From the IMG/VR virus record IMGVR_UViG_2734482586_000007: a DNA stretch of 4,567 bases; one strand, 5' to 3'. Position numbers and translations under genes: made by a program. Under the pieces are notes generated by a model. That model worked only from the letters and a program-made list of their open reading frames with translations, was not told where the DNA came from and did not search any database. This DNA is from a virus (lineage: Duplodnaviria; Heunggongvirae; Uroviricota; Caudoviricetes). Position 1 is the first letter of the stretch; the number at the start of each line of letters is the position of its first letter. Shown piece after piece: positions 1 to 4,567 of this stretch.

Positions 1-25
1 GGGAAAAATATCATCAGATGGCTGC

Positions 26-379
26 TTAAAAAAAGAACAAATGGTAGTGTCCGCTATTGCCAGTACACCTCAATTGCTCTGCGGCTTCGCTCAGAGCTGG
101 CGTATGTTCCCGGCCTACTGATTCACACAGGTAATCAACGAAACCGGACACCAGTTTTCGTTCGCGAGGCGTGATCGCCCCACCGACCGGAGTCCAGTAA
201 TCGAAACCCAGTTGCAGGAGTTTGAAAAAACGCTTGTGGAATGCGTAGTTACACACACGCTTAAAGTCTGCGTGTATCCACTCACCTATTTTGATTTGAT
301 GCAGAAAATCGCAACTCTCCGGCGTCGCCGGGAGAAGTAATCCGGAAGAGGTTTGTTTGACCAGTTGTATATGTGCCAT
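26..379 (-). CDS. nin-region hypothetical protein, tentatively DUF1367/YbcN-like; 117 aa as read
   Basis: Minus-strand ORF. ATG at 379-377 is preceded by GGAG about 9 nt upstream; the ORF-track start at 421 is a TTG overlapping the upstream stop and is less likely. Stop TAA at 28-26 follows a T7 run on the coding strand, so the C-terminus may be artefactually short. Family assignment rests only on a recalled N-terminal pattern (MAxIQLVK...PA.PE) and on position at the start of the nin region. Confidence 0.45.
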   Translation of the reverse strand: MAHIQLVKQTSSGLLLPATPESCDFLHQIKIGEWIHADFKRVCNYAFHKRFFKLLQLGFDYWTPVGGAITPRERKLVSGFVDYLCESVGREHTPALSEAAEQLRCTGNSGHYHLFFF

Positions 380-417
380 CGGCTTTCTCCGGTGGCACGG
401 TGTTACACAGCAGGAGT

Positions 418-705
418 TCAATCCTGCTCAAGATTGTAGATGAGTTTATTCTTCAGCAAAAGCAGAAAACCAGCCTTAAAACCAATCTCTTTCAAAACCC
501 GTAATGATGTGACAAATTCGTCCTCACGCAAAATAAAACCGTCCGTCAGAAGTCCATTACAAAAATAAAATAACACAGCACCGCTCTTCCTTTGTTGAGA
601 TTGCAAACATCTAATGCGGCAATGGCTGACAATCGCTCCATTCTCAACGCGCACAGCATAGAGGCCATTTTCACTAAAAATTTCACGCAATTCTTCGATT
701 TTCAT
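418..705 (-). CDS. hypothetical 95-aa protein, AT-rich moron-like ORF of unknown function
   Basis: Minus-strand ORF with ATG at 705-703 and GGAAGG about 9 nt upstream; stop TGA at 420-418. Visibly AT-richer than neighbouring genes (not computed). Lies directly downstream of a terminator and a promoter-like element. No family recognised. Confidence 0.55.
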   Translation of the reverse strand: MKIEELREIFSENGLYAVRVENGAIVSHCRIRCLQSQQRKSGAVLFYFCNGLLTDGFILREDEFVTSLRVLKEIGFKAGFLLLLKNKLIYNLEQD

Positions 706-786
706 CTTCAGAATCCTTCCAGATAAATAGCTCTCCCCTGTTCGGGGTCCATCCCTCTTCTCCCTGCGCGCTACTTAAGTGAGTCG

Positions 787-814
787 ATTCTATCTGCGAA
801 GGTGCGCGAATCAA
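787..814 (-). promoter_or_regulatory. putative sigma70-type promoter for the 95-aa ORF
   Basis: Minus strand reads TTGATT (plus 814-809), a 16-nt spacer, then TAGAAT (plus 792-787). It sits about 80 nt upstream of the ATG at 705 and immediately downstream of the terminator. Motif match by eye only. Confidence 0.3.
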
Positions 815-831
815 ATTCACCGGAAATAAAC

Positions 832-879
832 AACAAAAAACCCGCCGAAACGCTGAGAGATCACAGCGATGGGCGGGTT
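832..879 (-). terminator. rho-independent terminator (tR2-like position, at the replication/nin boundary)
   Basis: Plus 839-846 aacccgcc pairs with 872-879 ggcgggtt, with an inner 5-bp stem cgctg/cagcg (851-855 and 864-868). On the minus strand the stem is followed by TTTTGTTGTTTATTT (plus 838-824). Confidence 0.55.
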
Positions 880-967
880 AAGTGCGGGTGCGTTGAGGAT
901 GCCTGACACATCAGAGGTGGGCGGGGATGGGATCAGCTCCCCGCCCGGTCACTCTTACTTCCTGGAT

Positions 968-1231
968 NNNNNNNNNNNNNNNNNNNNNNNNNNNNNNNNN
1001 NNNNNNNNNNNNNNNNNNNNNNNNNNNNNNNNNNNNNNNNNNNNNNNNNNNNNNNNNNNNNNNNNNNNNNNNNNNNNNNNNNNNNNNNNNNNNNNNNNNN
1101 NNNNNNNNNNNNNNNNNNNNNNNNNNNNNNNNNNNNNNNNNNNNNNNNNNNNNNNNNNNNNNNNNNNNNNNNNNNNNNNNNNNNNNNNNNNNNNNNNNNN
1201 NNNNNNNNNNNNNNNNNNNNNNNNNNNNNNN
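968..1231. other. run of 264 N (masked or gap); content unknown
   Basis: Directly visible. ORF-track entries crossing it (869..1234, 911..1249, 927..1310, 933..1253) are artefacts of translating N. It lies between the queH-like stop (1315-1313) and the hairpin/terminator at 832-946, so it could hide one small minus-strand gene or an RNA. Confidence 0.95.
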
Positions 1232-1312
1232 TGAAGCAGATAGCCTCAAGCACCCGCAGTCATTCTACTTACCTCGCCAATATGAAATCAATCAGAAAGG
1301 TGCCCCATAAAA

Positions 1313-1999
1313 TCACTCCTTCTCTTCTTTACCGTAGTGGAGTTGACCAATTTTGATAAGAGGGCGTCCCTGAGATTTGCGGTGTAGATTGGTATCGCGC
1401 AGAGAATACACACAGCCACAATATTCCTGCTGATAGAATTTTTCGCGCTTGCTGATTTCAATCATACGGGACGAGCCGCCCTGCTTGCGCCAGTTATAAT
1501 CCCAGTACACCATGCCCGGATAATGCGCGACGGCTCGCCGCCCACAGTCGTTAACCTGCTGCATATTTTTCCAGCGTGAAATGCCCAGTGAACTGCTGAT
1601 CACACTGAAACCATTTTCAGCGGCGTACAGCGCTGTCCGCTCAAAACGCATGTCAAAACACATGGTGCAACGGATCCCTCGTTCGGGCTCCCATTCCATT
1701 CCTTTGGCTCGTTCAAACCAGTTGTCTGTGTCGTAATCAGCATCAATAAACGGCACGCCGTGTTGTTCAGCAAAGCGAATATTCTCATCCTTACGAATTA
1801 AATACTCTTTCTGAGGATGAATGTTCGGGTTGTAGAAAAAGATGGTGTAGTCGATTCCCGAGGCCTGAAGCGCCTCCATCACCTCACCGGAACATGGAGC
1901 ACAGCAAGAGTGCAGTAGTAGTTTGTTTGCCCCGTTTGGGAGCTCCAATTTGGGCCGTTTGAAATCAGCAACTGTCATAAATATGTTTATTGGGGTCAT
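1313..1999 (-). CDS. queH: QueH-like epoxyqueuosine reductase (DUF208 family), 228 aa
   Basis: Minus-strand ORF with ATG at 1999 (alternative ATG at 1978); no obvious Shine-Dalgarno for either. The translation carries cysteine-rich motifs I associate with DUF208/QueH: [33 protein letters not shown]. Stop TGA at 1315-1313. Confidence 0.75.
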   Translation of the reverse strand: MTPINIFMTVADFKRPKLELPNGANKLLLHSCCAPCSGEVMEALQASGIDYTIFFYNPNIHPQKEYLIRKDENIRFAEQHGVPFIDADYDTDNWFERAKGMEWEPERGIRCTMCFDMRFERTALYAAENGFSVISSSLGISRWKNMQQVNDCGRRAVAHYPGMVYWDYNWRKQGGSSRMIEISKREKFYQQEYCGCVYSLRDTNLHRKSQGRPLIKIGQLHYGKEEKE

Positions 2000-2146
2000 A
2001 AAAATATCAAAGAGTGTAGCATTAGAACGGGGCTATCGGAAACAGATGTGTGACTGCTCCCCGCCCTTTCGGGTGGTCTCCTGATGATTTGAGGGTGCAG
2101 AAATCCCTCCGGTTAAGGATTAAATTTTTAACAGTGCTAAATTTAA

Positions 2147-2503
2147 TTATTCAGTTCTGGATTTTGTCGCCCTGCGTATCCGCGCTTTCGCGTTACGCTC
2201 AATCTGTATCAGCTTTTCTATATTTCTCCGCCTTTCCTGTTCCTCCTGGCGCAATAGCCTTACATCATCTGCCAGTCTGGTTTCTCTTTTTGCCACAGAG
2301 AGCATCCAGTCAAACGGCTCCACAACCGCACCGCAGATTTTACAGCGGACCTGACGCTCTTTTTCGTCAACCCGTACAGAGGCGTGATGGCAATATGGTC
2401 TTTCCGATGGCTCATAAAGAAAATTAACCTGATTACGAGGGTCATCCTCTTTTACCGGAAATAAAACGATATTGCTTAACTCATCTTCTGGTTTTATTTC
2501 CAT
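2147..2503 (-). CDS. hypothetical small protein with putative zinc-binding motif (C-H-H ... C-x2-C) and basic coiled-coil-like tail, 118 aa
   Basis: Minus-strand ORF. Preferred start is ATG at 2503-2501 with AAGGAGAGGAG 6 nt upstream. The ORF-track start at 2560 abuts the ren-like stop (TGAATG) but adds 19 residues rich in rare AGG/TTA codons. Motif: PYCHHASVRVDEKERQVRCKICGAVV. Stop TAA at 2149-2147. Confidence 0.6.
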   Translation of the reverse strand: MEIKPEDELSNIVLFPVKEDDPRNQVNFLYEPSERPYCHHASVRVDEKERQVRCKICGAVVEPFDWMLSVAKRETRLADDVRLLRQEEQERRRNIEKLIQIERNAKARIRRATKSRTE

Positions 2504-2560
2504 GCTCCTCTCCTTTGATGCGAATGCCAGCGGTAATTGAAGCCTGATAGCTAATTTCAT

Positions 2561-2983
2561 TCACAGTATCGCCTCCTGAAAATTACCCTGATAGAAAGCC
2601 AGTACACGCTGCATAGCTTCGCTCTTCCGGCACTCGCGACAGATTATATTCAGGCGCCTGTCGTAGCGGCGTATTTCTCCGTCAGGTAATGACCAGATAA
2701 GGTCCGGATCAACAACAACCGGTTTCCTCACCTTTACTCTCGAGAGTTTTTTGCGGGCGCTTTGCCAGTCCTTGCGAGCCTGTTCAGACGGGAATAAGCC
2801 GTAGCCAGAATTATATACATCACCACTTGCGACCAGTTCTATGCATAAGCGACCGACAGACGCACGACTGATACCTGTTTCATCTGACAACTGCCGAATC
2901 GTGACCCGACCGTCCTGATGCACGAGTTCCACAATTCGCGTCTTCAGTTCTTCCCGCTGTTCGGGAGTAAAAGGTTTCGCCAT
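2561..2983 (-). CDS. ren: Ren-like protein (homolog of phage lambda Ren), 140 aa
   Basis: ATG at 2983 with AGGAGG 4 nt upstream. C-terminal NIICRECRKSEAMQRVLAFYQG matches my recollection of lambda Ren (NLVFKECRQSAAMKRVLAVYG). The N-terminal half looks winged-helix-like. It sits immediately downstream of the helicase-loader gene, as ren follows P in lambda. Confidence 0.7.
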   Translation of the reverse strand: MAKPFTPEQREELKTRIVELVHQDGRVTIRQLSDETGISRASVGRLCIELVASGDVYNSGYGLFPSEQARKDWQSARKKLSRVKVRKPVVVDPDLIWSLPDGEIRRYDRRLNIICRECRKSEAMQRVLAFYQGNFQEAIL

Positions 2984-2997
2984 AAATCCTCCTGAAA

Positions 2998-3779
2998 CTA
3001 CTTAACAACCCTCGAATGGCTAACATTCGGACGCCAGCTCTCCCAGTTAAAATTCACCCAGCGCCNNNNNNNNNNNNNNNNNNNNNNNNNNNNNNNNNNN
3101 NNNNNNNNNNNNNNNNNNNNNNNNNNNNNNNNNNNNNNNNNNNNNNNNNNNNNNNNNNNNNNNNNNNNNNNNNNNNNNNNNNNNNNNNNNNNNNNNNNNN
3201 NNNNNNNNNNNNNNNNNNNNNNNNNNNNNNNNNNNNNNNNNNNNNNNNNNNNNNNNNNNNNNNNNNNNNNNNNNNNNNNNNNNNNNNNNNNNNNNNNNNN
3301 NNNNNNNNNNNNNNNNNNNNNNNNNNNNNNNNNNNNNNNNNNNNNNNNNNNNNNNNNNNNNNNNNNNNNNNNNNNNNNNNNNNNNNNNNNNNNNNNNNNN
3401 NNNNNNNNNNNNNNNNGATAGCTGCCGCTAAGTGATTCTTCCCGGTACCAGGTTTTCCGCTGAACGCAAAATTTGTACACCCGGTCATCAGTTCATCGGC
3501 GATGGATTTCGCCTGGCTTAACGCGTATCGCTGGCCGTCGTTCTGCACCTGGTAATTCGCAAACGAGCATTTACGGTGCAACGGCTGGATGCCTGAGCGA
3601 TTCAGAATTTTTTCCACCCGCAACTGGCGATTCAGGCGGTTGATCTCCTCGCTACGTTTCTGGCCTTCAGCAAGTTGCCACTCGCGCCACTCCGCTACCG
3701 TTCTGAATGGGGCGGTTACATGTGGCGGGGTCAGTCGGCGGATGCGTTCCAGAACGCCGCCTGTCGCAATATTTTTCAT
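2998..3779 (-). CDS. DnaC-family replicative helicase loader (AAA+), interrupted by the N run; the N-terminal and C-terminal parts are in different frames as given
   Basis: N-terminal part (3779 to 3417): MKNIATGG...FANYQVQNDGQRYALSQAK...FAFSGKPGTGKNHLAAAI closely resembles E. coli DnaC through the Walker A motif. C-terminal part (3065 to 2998, another frame): RWVNFNWESWRPNVSHSRVVK resembles the DnaC tail (LWVIFNWDSYRSRV) and stops at TAG 3000-2998, just before the ren RBS. The span 3779-2998 is 782 nt, which is not a multiple of 3. Confidence 0.8.
3066..3416. other. run of 351 N (masked or gap) inside the DnaC-like gene
   Basis: Directly visible. It hides the central AAA+ region (Walker B, sensor motifs). 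ORF-track entry 3016..3435 on the plus strand is an N-translation artefact. Confidence 0.95.
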
Positions 3780-3785
3780 GGTCCG

Positions 3786-4121
3786 TTACCCCCTGAAGCC
3801 TGGCGGGATCGCACTGTCCGGCAACGAGACGGTGTTAACCTGTCGGAGCAACGTCTCAGGCCGAACACCTTTCGGCGCGAACAGGCCCTGGTATTCATTG
3901 GCGATGCTGTGTCGAATCACCTGCTCAGGTGTAAAACCCTGCTGACGGAATTTTTCCAGTTCCCGTATCGCCCCGTTAGCGCCCTGCTCCGTTCGAATCG
4001 GTTTTCGCAATGCCTGTCTGAACCGGACCCACTCATGCCAGAGTGTTTCCGGCAACCAATCGGGCAGCTCAATAGCCTCCGGCTCGAATTTTTTAGACGC
4101 TCGTTTTTGGCGAGGGGGAGA
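3786..4121 (-). pseudogene. replication initiator (replisome organizer), C-terminal DnaT-like domain segment
   Basis: Frame open from 4121 to stop TAA 3788-3786. Translation ...FEPEAIELPDWLPETLWHEW...RQVNTVSLPDSAIPPGFRG matches my recollection of the E. coli DnaT C-terminus (PDWQPD..., VNTVSEPDSQIPPGFRG). The ORF-track start at 4055 is a TTG and is not the real start. The stop is 6 nt upstream of the DnaC-like ATG. Confidence 0.7.
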
Positions 4122-4134
4122 TCAGTATTTAGAT

Positions 4135-4154
4135 CTTCCTCTTCCTCTTCCTCT
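4135..4154. repeat. hexanucleotide repeat (CTTCCT)x3; encodes EEEEEE in the minus-strand linker frame
   Basis: Directly visible: cttcctcttcctcttcctct. On the minus strand this reads GAG GAA GAG GAA GAG GAA in the frame that is open across 4255-4122. Confidence 0.85.
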
Positions 4155-4178
4155 GGTAACGCTTTTTGATCCGTTTGT

Positions 4179-4197
4179 GTAACGCTGGCAGCGTTAC
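4179..4197. repeat. perfect 19-bp palindrome GTAACGCTG-G-CAGCGTTAC; candidate initiator-binding iteron (ori-like)
   Basis: Directly visible. A further GTAACGC copy lies at 4156-4162. It sits in the linker-coding part of the initiator gene, near GATC sites at 4120-4123, 4132-4135 and 4168-4171. Confidence 0.5.
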
Positions 4198-4224
4198 CTT
4201 TTCGTTTCAGTTCGCGTATTTTTG

Positions 4225-4463
4225 TTACTCGCTCGTTTGTAACCGCCCGTTTTTTTTAGAGCTTTTTCCGTTATGACGTTCAAAGTTAGGTAGAGAAAGC
4301 CCTCCGTCATTTTCGACCAGCCATCCAACCTGAATTAACGCATCAGCAAAACCAGACATAAAAGTGATGCGATCTATTGCACTTTTTGTAACGCCGCGAG
4401 CGTTACAATCTGCATTACCGTCTATCATTTGTTGATCCGCCCATGCCCAGAAGCGAATAACCT
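4225..4463 (-). pseudogene. replication initiator, N-terminal segment; upstream boundary set by the IS end
   Basis: Frame open from the IS junction to TAA 4227-4225. The ORF-track GTG start at 4488 lies inside the putative IS terminus, so it is an artefact. The first native ATG is at 4428-4426 (MIDGNADCN...), with a weak RBS. Continuing into the linker requires a -1 shift at the A8 run (plus T8, 4250-4257). Confidence 0.5.
4386..4408. repeat. inverted repeat TTGTAACGC-cgcga-GCGTTACAA (9-bp arms) with the same core motif as the 4179-4197 palindrome
   Basis: Directly visible. Core GTAACGC at 4388-4394 and GCGTTAC at 4400-4406. Confidence 0.5.
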
Positions 4464-4567
4464 GAGGTAGCCTGAGTTTAACGGACACTCCTTCCTGAAA
4501 TAGAATGGCATCAGAAGGAGCTAATAATGAGCAGAAAAACCCAACGTTACTCTAAAGAGTTCAAAGC
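4464..4567 (+). mobile_element. left end of an IS3-family insertion sequence (IS600-like by recollection), truncated by the window edge
   Basis: A plus-strand ORF starts at ATG 4527 with AAGGAG 6 nt upstream and reads MSRKTQRYSKEFK..., which I recognise as the N-terminus of an IS3-family OrfA. A candidate terminal inverted repeat begins TGAGGTAGCC at about 4464, about 63 bp before the ATG. The exact boundary is uncertain by about 10 bp. Confidence 0.6.
4527..4567 (+). CDS. IS3-family transposase OrfA, N-terminal 13 codons only (partial)
   Basis: ATG at 4527 with AAGGAG at 4515-4520; translation MSRKTQRYSKEFK runs off the window end. Confidence 0.6.
   Translation, partial: MSRKTQRYSKEFK

Noticed and set aside
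380-421. TTG start at 421 overlapping the upstream stop for the nin-region ORF
   Set aside because: An ATG with a GGAG Shine-Dalgarno at 379 is a more conventional start. The added N-terminus (MNSCCVTPCHRRKP) does not look like a conserved extension.
869-1310. Four ORF-track entries (869..1234 +, 911..1249 -, 927..1310 +, 933..1253 -) spanning the first N run
   Set aside because: They are open only because N codons translate as X. The flanking real sequence gives 6-30 residues each with no start-site support. Nothing can be called here.
1600-1788. 62-aa minus-strand ORF inside the queH-like gene
   Set aside because: Alternative frame nested within a gene whose main frame shows conserved motifs.
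2056-2125. GC-rich imperfect hairpins (ccgccc...gggtgg and gaggg...ccctc) between the zinc-ribbon and queH-like genes, considered as terminators
   Set aside because: No T-tract follows on either strand and the stems are imperfect. More likely part of the queH promoter/leader region; not called.
2050-2427. Plus-strand 125-aa ORF
   Set aside because: Antisense to and fully overlapping the zinc-ribbon gene and the queH intergenic region; low-complexity, non-protein-like translation; no RBS.
2260-2445. 61-aa minus-strand ORF inside the zinc-ribbon gene
   Set aside because: Nested alternative frame; no independent start signals.
2504-2560. Upstream ATG (2560) abutting the ren stop as start of the zinc-ribbon ORF
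   Set aside because: The 19 extra codons are rich in rare AGG/TTA codons and contain the strong Shine-Dalgarno that serves the ATG at 2503. Kept only as an alternative.
3016-3435. Plus-strand ORF across the second N run
   Set aside because: Artefact of translating N; it is antisense to the DnaC-like gene.
3054-3779. In-frame reading of the DnaC-like ORF across the N run, ending GAG-stop at 3054
   Set aside because: The short tail after the N run does not resemble DnaC, whereas the other frame gives a DnaC-like C-terminus (RWVNFNW...) that stops exactly before the ren RBS. The apparent in-frame continuity depends on the arbitrary N-run length.
3589-4169. Plus-strand ORFs 3589..3945 and 3675..4169
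   Set aside because: Antisense to the DnaC-like and DnaT-like coding sequence, whose homology is clear on the minus strand. The SSSSSSS stretch simply reflects the (CTTCCT)n repeat.
4249-4255. Programmed -1 ribosomal frameshifting at A AAA AAC as the sole explanation for the frame breaks
   Set aside because: A second shift would be needed about 160 nt downstream, and there is no upstream Shine-Dalgarno-like stimulator or strong downstream structure. A homopolymer length error or mutation is more parsimonious. Retained only as a low-probability alternative.
4464-4488. GTG start at 4488 for the initiator N-terminal ORF (as in the ORF track)
   Set aside because: It lies within the sequence I interpret as the IS terminal repeat, so those codons are read from the IS end and not from a native N-terminus.
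1-4567. CRISPR arrays, tRNA or rRNA genes
   Set aside because: No regularly spaced direct repeats, no cloverleaf-like or rRNA-like segments seen by eye. The N runs cannot be assessed.

Overview
This 4,567-bp window reads as a fragment of the early-right operon (replication module through the start of the nin region) of a lambdoid enterobacterial prophage. All phage genes are on the minus strand, and the left end of an IS3-family insertion sequence abuts the replication gene at the right edge. Minus-strand order, high to low coordinate: IS end; replication initiator with a DnaT-like C-terminal domain (split over three reading frames); DnaC-like helicase loader; Ren-like protein; small putative zinc-ribbon protein; QueH-like (DUF208) protein; 264 N; GC hairpin plus intrinsic terminator; promoter-like element; AT-rich 95-aa ORF; nin-region ORF running towards the left edge. 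Two N runs (968-1231 and 3066-3416) hide 615 bp and nothing can be called inside them. Most notable are a stand-alone queH-like gene inside a phage operon, an AT-rich moron-like ORF with its own promoter, ori-like palindromic repeats inside the initiator gene, and signs of decay or assembly error (two -1 frame breaks at poly-A runs, a frame discontinuity across the second N run, an IS insertion). No rRNA, tRNA or CRISPR array was recognised. Every homology statement comes from reading motifs by eye and recalling reference proteins; no database search or computation was run.
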